Positions 10,397 to 17,878 of a stretch of 64,000 nt of DNA are shown here, in pieces (positions within the stretch are counted from its first letter, which is position 1; each line of letters begins with the position of its first letter). Both the position numbers and the translations under genes were made by a program. Source of the stretch: a virus; IMG/VR virus record IMGVR_UViG_3300037493_005292, positions 1 through 64,000 of that record, one strand, 5' to 3'. The notes under the pieces were generated by a model, which was not told where the DNA came from, did no database searches, and saw nothing but the letters and a program-made list of their open reading frames with translations.

Positions 10397-11026
10397 ATGC
10401 TCAAAGAAGACCAGTTAATCGCCTGTTTTCCTGCGAATGTTTTAGACGGTACCAAAATTAAAGGGTGTGTCACCGTGTTTCAACACGGCGCAGTGATGGA
10501 GAAGTTGTTCGGTCATACCGTCTACATGCGTCGTGGTGACATCGAACAAGACCCTTCATGGTTGCAGATCATCCCCTACACCTACGTTTATAACAAACGC
10601 GGTGAAATATTCACGTATCGTCGTCGGCCGGTCTCTGGTGAAACGCGCTTGCACGGCAAGGTATCAGTGGGTGTTGGAGGTCACGTAGAGCAGGGAGACA
10701 ACCGCGTATCCCCGCAAGCTGCAGTTCTTGCAGCTGCCTACCGCGAATTGCACGAGGAGCTTCTCTTTGACCCGCTGCTCGGCCCAACATCCACGTTATT
10801 TCACGGATTCTTCTTGCGTTTGCAGGGTACACCAGTGGATCAAGTGCACTTTGGCATGGTGATGTCTTTAGCATATTCCGGTACCATTCAAGCCAACGAC
10901 GGCGAGATCGAAGTAGTCGGGTGGTTAAAGCCCGCGGCGATACTCGAGTTGAAGGAGGTTGAGGAATGGACCAAGGAGTTGCTGACGTACATCATGCAGC
11001 GGGATGCCAAGGGATGCAACTGCTAG
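10397..11026 (+). CDS. NUDIX-family phosphoesterase
   Basis: QIIPY, SVGVGGH, Nudix box AAYRELHEEL, VHFG. Confidence 0.85.
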   Translation: MLKEDQLIACFPANVLDGTKIKGCVTVFQHGAVMEKLFGHTVYMRRGDIEQDPSWLQIIPYTYVYNKRGEIFTYRRRPVSGETRLHGKVSVGVGGHVEQGDNRVSPQAAVLAAAYRELHEELLFDPLLGPTSTLFHGFFLRLQGTPVDQVHFGMVMSLAYSGTIQANDGEIEVVGWLKPAAILELKEVEEWTKELLTYIMQRDAKGCNC

Positions 11027-11163
11027 ATATCGTAACCTCGCAGAGTGGCAGTTACTTTAACATTAAGTGTTCATGTGGAATCACCATAAAGCATCCGTAT
11101 CATCAGTATCGTGTTATATGCGACTGCGGAAAGTCAATGCCGTTGCGTGAGCTGGTTGCTTAG
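11014..11163 (+). CDS. small Cys-rich (Zn-ribbon-like) protein
   Basis: CSC...H...CDC in about 49 aa; start uncertain. Confidence 0.45.
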   Translation: MQLLDIVTSQSGSYFNIKCSCGITIKHPYHQYRVICDCGKSMPLRELVA

Positions 11164-11225
11164 CTTATACTCGCCGCTGTCAGCTAGGTGCTGACGTTCG
11201 TTACATTTAAGAAAGAGGCTCTCAA

Positions 11226-12152
11226 ATGTCTGATGTTCATATTCTCTATCACCAGGACGCGGACGGTAATGCCAGTGCAGCGATTCTTCGCAAGTATCTA
11301 CAGGCTTCTGGTAACAATGTTATCCTCCGCGGTCTCAGCCATGGTGCGCGTTCTGGGTCGTTAAGCGTCGGAAGTGACGACCTAATCTACCTCGTGGATT
11401 ATGCCTTTCAGCCCCTAATAGCGATGTCGCAATTTGCGCAATCACACAAGAACCTCGTATGGATTGATCATCATGCCAACAGCATTGAATACGAGGAAGC
11501 AATCCCATCGCTAAAGGACGTTCAGGGCATACGGCAGCAGCATTTCTCAGACACAGAAATGACCATCTCCGCGTGCGAGCTCACGTGGCAGTATTGTTAT
11601 CCCGGCACGCCAATCCCGCCGATCATCGATCTGATTGGGTGCTATGATACGTACCGGCATGTGCGCGAGCACAACGATGATGCGTTGTTATTGGTAAACT
11701 ACCTTAACAGCGTAAACACTGCCATTCACAGTCGAGATGGTTCGCTCTTCTGGAACGACATCATGGCGCTCTCAGCAGAGGAACAGCGACTTGCGCTGGA
11801 GAAGACATTCCTACCTGAAGGACGGGTCTGTCTTCGGTATAGCCAAAGTCGTGCAGCTTCAGTTATGCGTACAGCGTCATTTGAAGCAAAGTTCCTCGGC
11901 ATCTCCGCACTCATCGTAAACACGTCGTGGGCGTACTCACAGTTCTTCAATGAACTCTACGACCACACAGTACACCAGCTTATGGTGGCCTTCACGTTTA
12001 AGCGTGACCGTTGGGTAGTCACGCTCTATTCCACGCACAAAGAAGTCAACTGCGCAGAGCTCGCCCGCAAGATGGGCGGGAGCGGGCATCCTAGCGCCGG
12101 TGGCTTCACCCTCAAGGATTTCTCGGATTTCGAACGACTGCTGGAAAGGTAG
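11226..12152 (+). CDS. DHH/DHHA1 phosphoesterase
   Basis: YHQDADG, LVDY, WIDHH, SACELTW, GGSGHPSAGGF. Confidence 0.9.
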   Translation: MSDVHILYHQDADGNASAAILRKYLQASGNNVILRGLSHGARSGSLSVGSDDLIYLVDYAFQPLIAMSQFAQSHKNLVWIDHHANSIEYEEAIPSLKDVQGIRQQHFSDTEMTISACELTWQYCYPGTPIPPIIDLIGCYDTYRHVREHNDDALLLVNYLNSVNTAIHSRDGSLFWNDIMALSAEEQRLALEKTFLPEGRVCLRYSQSRAASVMRTASFEAKFLGISALIVNTSWAYSQFFNELYDHTVHQLMVAFTFKRDRWVVTLYSTHKEVNCAELARKMGGSGHPSAGGFTLKDFSDFERLLER

Positions 12153-12154
12153 GG

Positions 12155-12184
12155 GAAGAGGGAGCGCAAGCTCCCTTTTCTTTT
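12155..12184. terminator. intrinsic terminator between convergent genes
   Basis: GAAGAGGGAGC-GCAA-GCTCCCTTTTC followed by TTTT; GNRA tetraloop. Confidence 0.85.
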
Positions 12185-12188
12185 GCTC

Positions 12189-12578
12189 TCAGGGACGCGA
12201 GGTATACTCCACGCCACCCATGTGAATAGCGGCAGGCGGGACAGACTTCTTGATTTGCTCTTCAACGTCTTCTTTGGTCACCCCAGGCTTCCCAGCAACC
12301 ATAGCAAACCCACGGACGTACATATCCGTAGCGGCTTGCTTGCCGAGATACCACATCGCTGCAGCGCCCATGGAGAAGGCGATGCCGAGCATGTAGCCAG
12401 CCAAGGGCCAGTCGAGGTTGGGCTGCTTCCAGACAGTGAAGCCAGCCATAGCAGCCGAGAGCACTTCGTAGATGAAGAACGCCAAGAACTTCTTGCTCTT
12501 GAACGCCGGGTGCTGCATCTCGCGGAAGAGATTGTGATTGAGCCTGACGTGTTCTAGTTGGGCCTCGTTGTCAGTCAT
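12189..12578 (-). CDS. two-TM membrane protein, holin-like
   Basis: Basic SKKF followed by two hydrophobic helices and a charged C-terminus. Confidence 0.5.
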   Translation of the reverse strand: MTDNEAQLEHVRLNHNLFREMQHPAFKSKKFLAFFIYEVLSAAMAGFTVWKQPNLDWPLAGYMLGIAFSMGAAAMWYLGKQAATDMYVRGFAMVAGKPGVTKEDVEEQIKKSVPPAAIHMGGVEYTSRP

Positions 12579-13248
12579 TGGGCTCGTCTTCCTTCACTAC
12601 CTTGGGGGGCGGTGGGTCGATGAAGAGCATGGTGATTTCGCCGACAATCGCTTCTGCGGACTGAGCTCCAGTGCACTTCGAGCAGGTGAGCTCGACGAGG
12701 GACACCTCCTCGTTGTTTTTGTCGATCATGTACAGCCGGCTGTCTGCGCTAAGACCGAACTTCGAAACAGTGATGTCCCAGAGCTTCTCATGCTTGTCGT
12801 TGATTTCCTGCATGAGCTGCTGGACCCGAATCTGAGCGTTCTCTACTTCGTGCTCGAGCTCCTTGATTTCTTTGTTCAGGACATCGAGCTCGTGGTCGTC
12901 AGCGTATTTCACGATGGTGCGTTTCTGGAGCTGCTTGGTGCAGAATTGGTCTCCGCGGAGTGTCAGGGCAATCGCGCGTCCGGCAGCGTTTACGAGATCA
13001 TCGGAGGCATCCGGCATGGTGGAGATCTTCTGCACCAGACCGTGCAATTTGGCAGCGTGCTCCGGAAGCTTGCAGTTGGTGAGCTTGCGCAGAACCTGCA
13101 TGCCCTGGGCGTTCTCCCGCAGGGGATTGAAGGTTCTGAAGGGATTGGGAGCCTGTTCTCCTTGGGGCATGCCTTGTGGGTGCCCTGAGATAGGTTGAAC
13201 GAGGCGCGGCCCAGCGTGGCCAGGGAAGGGACGTACGTTGTTTGTCAT
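12571..13248 (-). CDS. hypothetical coiled-coil protein with CxxC
   Basis: Coupled ORF with GC3 bias; CSKC near the C-terminus. Confidence 0.65.
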   Translation of the reverse strand: MTNNVRPFPGHAGPRLVQPISGHPQGMPQGEQAPNPFRTFNPLRENAQGMQVLRKLTNCKLPEHAAKLHGLVQKISTMPDASDDLVNAAGRAIALTLRGDQFCTKQLQKRTIVKYADDHELDVLNKEIKELEHEVENAQIRVQQLMQEINDKHEKLWDITVSKFGLSADSRLYMIDKNNEEVSLVELTCSKCTGAQSAEAIVGEITMLFIDPPPPKVVKEDEPND

Positions 13249-13691
13249 TCTGCGTTCTCCTCAATGTGTGGAATTGTCTCGAGACCTACTAGCTCGTAAT
13301 ACCAGGTATCACCTGCGCCCTCGTCTAGCACGAAGTTTATGCGGACACGCAAGTACTTGTTGATGCGCAGCTTTCCCGGCTGTCTGTGCCGCGCGCCCAC
13401 CCACCCCAACCCGTCAATGAATATCATCGAAGCAAATTCGAGTTCATGCGCTACGACGTTTATTACCATGTGTGGGGTAAGCGGTAAGACCGTCTTAGCG
13501 CGTTTTATTGTCCAATAACGGCTAGAGGTGGCGCACCGTTCTACGTTTTCGCAGTGCCCTACCAACTCGAGGTCGTTCGTTCCCTCTATCCTAGCCCATA
13601 GCTGTATCCGGGTCGTGGATCCCCAGCATAAGTCATCTGGAACATCTATTTCCTGGCCGTTATATGGGTCTTGAGGTAACGGTTCAGTCAT
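13245..13691 (-). CDS. hypothetical protein
   Basis: ATGA overlaps at both ends. Confidence 0.55.
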   Translation of the reverse strand: MTEPLPQDPYNGQEIDVPDDLCWGSTTRIQLWARIEGTNDLELVGHCENVERCATSSRYWTIKRAKTVLPLTPHMVINVVAHELEFASMIFIDGLGWVGARHRQPGKLRINKYLRVRINFVLDEGAGDTWYYELVGLETIPHIEENAE

Positions 13692-14293
13692 ATCTTATGC
13701 TCCAGTGCCGCATGGATATTAGACGCATAGCGCGCAAATTCTCCAGGGTTCTTTACTGTTGCGTAGATGTGTTCCGGTGGGATGTCCCACATTGAGGTTT
13801 CGCTCGCATGTCCCAGTAGTGCGTCGTCTTTAATATCTGCGCTGTAGTTCCGTTTTTCGGGCACGATTAGGAGGTTAAGCGCGTGGTATTCCTTAACGAG
13901 AGCAGCTGCCTCATTAGGAAACCGGATGTCGGTGACCACGATTATCGCGCGTTTGTTCTTGTCGATAGCACGTTGCAACCCGAGAGGATCCACGCCGTTG
14001 CCGACGTAGTCGTCGATTCGTGTGAGGAGCTTATCGATCCAGATATCCGGGTTGTGACCGCGGCAGAGTTCGGTGCCGAACTGCTGCATGAGCTTACGGA
14101 TCTCAGGACCTTTTGTTTCGCTAGGACCCCACAGTTGGTCGTGGGATAGGTCGAAGATGTCCAGGAGGTAGCATTTCATGGCGTCTGCGAATGCCAATGA
14201 GCGTGCACCATGGCTTTGCTCCAGTATCTTGGCCGCAGTGTCCTTGCCACTTCCCATTCCACCTATGATGCCGATAACAAGAGGACTACGCAT
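13688..14293 (-). CDS. deoxynucleoside monophosphate kinase (T4 gp1-like)
   Basis: GGMGSGKDT P-loop, AFADAMK, RKLMQQFGTE, TDIRFPNE, HASE; likely start 14293. Confidence 0.9.
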   Translation of the reverse strand: MRSPLVIGIIGGMGSGKDTAAKILEQSHGARSLAFADAMKCYLLDIFDLSHDQLWGPSETKGPEIRKLMQQFGTELCRGHNPDIWIDKLLTRIDDYVGNGVDPLGLQRAIDKNKRAIIVVTDIRFPNEAAALVKEYHALNLLIVPEKRNYSADIKDDALLGHASETSMWDIPPEHIYATVKNPGEFARYASNIHAALEHKI

Positions 14294-14609
14294 TCGATGT
14301 CTCCGGTGTAACGGGCTCGTCTGGGTCAATCGCAGCTTCAACCGGGTCGTTAACCTCAACAAAGTCTGACTCCACTCGGGTGTTGGTGGCCGCGTCGATG
14401 TCGATGATAATGAAGCGTCGGCCGTTTACAAGTTTGGCGTACACGGGAATGCGGCTAGGGAGGGCTTCTCCGAGGTCTATAGAGGTGTATTTGTGTGAAG
14501 TTCTGGGAAGGGTGCTCTCCCATACGGCATCTGTAAGGAGAATACCCCCCGAGTCAGTATCGATGTAACCGACAACGGTTTCTTTAGAAGGAAATTGAAC
14601 AATGGCCAT
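14286..14609 (-). CDS. hypothetical protein
   Basis: AAGGAGG RBS; upstream TGCTATAA. Confidence 0.65.
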   Translation of the reverse strand: MAIVQFPSKETVVGYIDTDSGGILLTDAVWESTLPRTSHKYTSIDLGEALPSRIPVYAKLVNGRRFIIIDIDAATNTRVESDFVEVNDPVEAAIDPDEPVTPETSNA

Positions 14610-14641
14610 GAGCCCTCCTTATGCGGTGTTTGTTGAAAGTG

Positions 14642-14649
14642 TTATAGCA
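14642..14649 (-). promoter_or_regulatory. extended -10 element TGCTATAA(C)
   Basis: Lies just downstream of the terminator and upstream of the RBS of 14609. Confidence 0.55.
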
Positions 14650-14663
14650 CAGTCTTTAGGAGC

Positions 14664-14693
14664 AAAAAAAGGGGTGCTGTAAAAAAGCACCCC
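14664..14693 (-). terminator. intrinsic terminator
   Basis: Minus strand GGGGTGCT-loop-AGCACCCC followed by T7. Confidence 0.85.
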
Positions 14694-14834
14694 CTCTTCT
14701 CACTGAGAGAGCCGAGCTCCTGGCGATCGAGCGTCTGGGGCCGCGGCTGCTATTTTGGTTGTCCTACAACCACACCGAACATACCGTAGTATCTACGGCC
14801 CTACGGAAAGGAAGGACATCTGAGAAGAGGGGGT
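14689..14834 (-). ncRNA. retron msr-msd-like structured ncRNA, unit B
   Basis: 14-bp terminal IR (14821-14834 / 14689-14702), extendable by U-G and G-C on the minus strand; G(14820)AUGUC after the 5' arm; UCUCUCAG before the 3' arm; hairpins CCGUAG-AUA-CUACGG and UGGUUGU-AGG-ACAACCA. Confidence 0.7.
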
Positions 14835-14846
14835 ACACAAAAACAA

Positions 14847-14976
14847 CGATACCCTCGCTGAGAGATGGAGCTCGATTCTCCTGGCTCCTTCTTCCTCGGG
14901 TAAGGGCGCTGGCGCCCAGACAGATATTGCGCAGTATCTGCGCATGTCTGTAACAAACAGACATCCGAGGGTATCG
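14847..14976 (-). ncRNA. retron msr-msd-like structured ncRNA, unit A
   Basis: 11-bp terminal IR (14966-14976 / 14847-14857); G(14965)AUGUC; UCUCUCAG; hairpins AUGUCUG/CAGACAU, UGCGCAG-AUA-CUGCGCA, GGGCGC/GCGCCC, GGAGC/GCUCC. Confidence 0.7.
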
Positions 14977-14987
14977 GGGCTTACGCC

Positions 14988-15800
14988 CTACACTTTAAGC
15001 GCCCGGAAGAACGACCTTCCAAAACGCATGACTTTTTCGAGGTAATCGGGGGAGCGCCGACCTGGCCAGTATGCTGCGGGATCCTTCGTGTCGTACTCAA
15101 CTCCGCGGCGGACGAGTTCAGCAAAAACGTTACGTATGCCGCTGCCCAGAGTTGTGTATTGGCGGAAGTCTCCCTTCTTTTTGTTCCACATGATTTGGCC
15201 CGGTCCAAGATCCGCGCTTCGGTGCTCTTTTTCCCATTTTGGGTTTTCGAGAACCTCAGCGAGTTCATCCTCCGAGTAGCTGTAAGCGCGGCGTCCGTGT
15301 AAAAGCAGGAGGCCGTGTTCTGCAGCCCATTTCCTAGGCCAAGGGCCGATAGCGCACCGGTCAAAGCGCGACTCGTTTGTGATGATACCTAGTGCAGACT
15401 CCATGGGTACGGTAACAGCCTCGCCACTCTTTAGGTTGTATGTGGCATCTCGTTGCGCATCGTAAAGCGCTACTGCCCACTTAGTAGAAGCTTCCTGCTT
15501 CTTAGAAAGAGTGGTGTACCGTTCTCCACACTCATACCAAAGTTCACCATCCAGTTTGGTTTTCCAGGCAACCAAACTATTTGCGATCCGGTCAATGCTC
15601 ATTTCCCGCTCTTCATTAGTACCGTAGGGGGCCACGTCCTTGTTTAGGCGTGCTTCCTCTTGCTCCCTGTAGACTGTTGCCAAAGACTTTGTGATCACGC
15701 GCGTACCTTCCCAGGGAAGGTTCCTCTTGTTTTCCTGGGTTCCACCTGTACACAGTAGTCCCAGGATAACATAAACGAGTATTACGCCTCTCAGTCGCAT
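14988..15800 (-). CDS. lytic transglycosylase (SLT-like) with N-terminal signal or anchor
   Basis: Hydrophobic N-terminus; IITNESRFD (catalytic Glu) and ADLGPGQI; AAGGAGG RBS. Confidence 0.65.
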   Translation of the reverse strand: MRLRGVILVYVILGLLCTGGTQENKRNLPWEGTRVITKSLATVYREQEEARLNKDVAPYGTNEEREMSIDRIANSLVAWKTKLDGELWYECGERYTTLSKKQEASTKWAVALYDAQRDATYNLKSGEAVTVPMESALGIITNESRFDRCAIGPWPRKWAAEHGLLLLHGRRAYSYSEDELAEVLENPKWEKEHRSADLGPGQIMWNKKKGDFRQYTTLGSGIRNVFAELVRRGVEYDTKDPAAYWPGRRSPDYLEKVMRFGRSFFRALKV

Positions 15801-15838
15801 CGGACCTCCTTACCTGCGCGAATTTTTCTCTTGGAGTT

Positions 15839-15881
15839 ATTATAGCAAATCAGAAACGAACTTCAGCTATTTTTTATACCA
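15839..15881 (-). promoter_or_regulatory. two extended -10 elements (TGCTATAAT at 15839-15847, TGGTATAA at 15874-15881)
   Basis: Perfect TGnTATAAT in an AT-rich intergenic gap upstream of the SLT gene and ncRNA units. Confidence 0.65.
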
Positions 15882-15899
15882 TAAACCGGAGGGATTTCT

Positions 15900-16250
15900 T
15901 CAATCTTTGGGCTGCTTTTTAAACCACTCCCACATTAACGCGGTAACGCGGTCGAACTCCTCTACGCCACCGTCCTCCGCGGGAAAGAAGAAACGGTTAT
16001 TACAGTTTTCGAGGTATACGCCCGCAGCTGCTTCCTGATGGGTAAGGCCGTTTTCTTTGGCGTATATCCGTACGAGTTTGTTGATGTACAACGCGAGCTT
16101 TCCGGCGGCTTCATAGAAATCTTTTTCGATAGCCTCTTCCATGATCTTGGCCTGCTTACTCGTGTCCTGCTTTACTTGGGTTCCAGCAGGTACTTTAGTC
16201 CAGCCGCCTTTACCGTCGGGAACAGTGATCATCTCGGGGATAGCACTCAT
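15900..16250 (-). CDS. hypothetical protein
   Basis: AAGGAG RBS before ATG 16250. Confidence 0.6.
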   Translation of the reverse strand: MSAIPEMITVPDGKGGWTKVPAGTQVKQDTSKQAKIMEEAIEKDFYEAAGKLALYINKLVRIYAKENGLTHQEAAAGVYLENCNNRFFFPAEDGGVEEFDRVTALMWEWFKKQPKD

Positions 16251-16504
16251 CGTTGCGCTCCTTTGAATGTTTGGCACTCGGGGACTACTTGGTTAGCGTA
16301 CACCAGAACTGTGTGATGCATGGCGTTGGGAAGCTCCGCGGTCTTTGCGCGCGGTGGGTATACGGGGTCACCAGGCTTGTTACTTGCAAACACTGTTTTT
16401 TCCAAACAGTAACCGTGGTTGAGCGGGCGGCGTTCCCCCCCGCGTACACCCTTCTCGAGCGGGTAGTACTGCGAACACTCTCCGCATGGCCGTTTATTTT
16501 GCAT
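16247..16504 (-). CDS. small Cys-rich protein
   Basis: CGEC...GYC...C; GGAG RBS. Confidence 0.6.
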   Translation of the reverse strand: MQNKRPCGECSQYYPLEKGVRGGERRPLNHGYCLEKTVFASNKPGDPVYPPRAKTAELPNAMHHTVLVYANQVVPECQTFKGAQR

Positions 16505-16506
16505 GT

Positions 16507-16968
16507 CTATCTCCTTGTGAAAACGCGCATTCTGTGGCGTTTCAGTGTGTCGTTAATCCCAAGACCGATGATGGCGTGGGCTATGCGGCGGTAGACAGGA
16601 GTTTCATTCACGTAACTCGGGTCAACGTCTACGATGATCGCTTTCCCCCCTATCACCAGCATGAGTTGACCGACAGGGAGTTTGTCAGGAACGTCAGACC
16701 CAGGAGAAAGTACGTTGACCCCTTGTTGACGGAGTTTTCGTTTATGTGCGTCGTCCAAGGAGTATAGCAGTTCAAGGAGTTTTTTCCCTGCGTCTAACGG
16801 AGTTGTTACCCCGATTATCTCGATTCCATAGCTACCACCGTCGAGAATAATAGAAGGAGGAGTAGGCGCGACTTTTTCAGAGTCGTCAGAATCGAAGTTA
16901 GCAGTAAATTCAGGTTTTTTTACTTTCTTAACGGGGTCTTTGAAGGGGTTGTGGATTCCAGTAGCCAT
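16507..16968 (-). CDS. hypothetical protein
   Basis: TAATG coupling; weak internal duplication. Confidence 0.6.
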   Translation of the reverse strand: MATGIHNPFKDPVKKVKKPEFTANFDSDDSEKVAPTPPSIILDGGSYGIEIIGVTTPLDAGKKLLELLYSLDDAHKRKLRQQGVNVLSPGSDVPDKLPVGQLMLVIGGKAIIVDVDPSYVNETPVYRRIAHAIIGLGINDTLKRHRMRVFTRR

Positions 16969-17213
16969 TAGGGCACCACGATTTTACTGACGTAGTTTCC
17001 CTTAAGAAGTTTTGTGTCGTTGCAGTCCGCATGAATGAACTCGTATTCCTCCATCAGCTCGGCACCCCGGCATACCACGTTCAGAGGATTGGGCGCCGAA
17101 CGGTGAAAGATGTAAGCCTCTACGATCCGGTCACCTGACTCGAACTTCTTTCGGCACTTAGAGCAGGTGGTGACATCAACGTGGGGTCTCAACAGTTCGG
17201 CGTGTGTTGTCAT
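16968..17213 (-). CDS. small zinc-finger protein
   Basis: CSKC...HADC; GGAG RBS. Confidence 0.65.
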   Translation of the reverse strand: MTTHAELLRPHVDVTTCSKCRKKFESGDRIVEAYIFHRSAPNPLNVVCRGAELMEEYEFIHADCNDTKLLKGNYVSKIVVP

Positions 17214-17707
17214 TATTGCGGTTCTCCTACGAGCAAACTATTGAGTACTTTCTGGGTGCACTCAATTGCCCAGTGGTCAGAATCAATTTCGTATTTCATC
17301 GACAGATGAACAGGCTTTTGAAGAATCATGATAGCCGGTGGATAGTCGTTAAGCGGACTCGCGATTAGATTTTTCAGGTACATTTTTTCTAGGGTGCGCT
17401 GTAGACACGCCTCAAGCGTTACAACCTCATCCCAGTTTGACGTAACTGCACAGGCTGCCGCGGTAGTGCGGAGCTCTTGTATCGAAGTCTTTTGGATGTT
17501 GAACGGGGGAAGGGTGCTAATCGCCCAGGCAGTAGACACTGCGATGTAGGGTCCCTTATTAGGCAATTTAGCTTGGCATATTCCTATAACAAAACGCATT
17601 TCTAATGAGTGGCAGGTTCTATGGGATACGTCAAGTACCTTGAACCAAAAGAAACGCCCGTGTAGTTGCCTCTCAGCTAACCACACGGGCGTTCCGAATC
17701 GACCCAA
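17213..17707 (-). CDS. hypothetical protein (start uncertain)
   Basis: Fills the operon gap; stop overlaps the next start. Confidence 0.5.
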   Translation of the reverse strand: MGRFGTPVWLAERQLHGRFFWFKVLDVSHRTCHSLEMRFVIGICQAKLPNKGPYIAVSTAWAISTLPPFNIQKTSIQELRTTAAACAVTSNWDEVVTLEACLQRTLEKMYLKNLIASPLNDYPPAIMILQKPVHLSMKYEIDSDHWAIECTQKVLNSLLVGEPQ

Positions 17708-17716
17708 TACGTGGAA

Positions 17717-17878
17717 TCACTTGATTCCGAGCTCCTTCATCAGAGCCTTGGTCATCTTCACCTTGGTGCTGCAGGTCTTGCAAACACCAACCTCGCCGGC
17801 TGCCGGCATCAGGACCACTTTGCCCGAGCACTTCGGATTCGGGCAATCAATCATCTTAGACCCTTTGGGACGTGCCAT
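17717..17878 (-). CDS. 53-aa basic zinc-ribbon protein, absent from the ORF track
   Basis: Hand translation MARPKGSKMIDCPNPKCSGKVVLMPAAGEVGVCKTCSTKVKMTKALMKELGIK; AAGGAG RBS. Confidence 0.75.
   Translation of the reverse strand: MARPKGSKMIDCPNPKCSGKVVLMPAAGEVGVCKTCSTKVKMTKALMKELGIK

Noticed and set aside
14759-14964. Short ORFs 14759-14953 (+) and 14764-14964 (-)
   Set aside because: No RBS or protein-like features; the region is better explained by RNA structure.
14689-14976. Tandem glycine riboswitch (two units, CUCUCAG) or hammerhead ribozyme (CUGAGAG)
   Set aside because: The GGAGA and CCGAAG glycine-aptamer elements are not in the required positions, and there is no CUGANGA plus GAAA hammerhead core.
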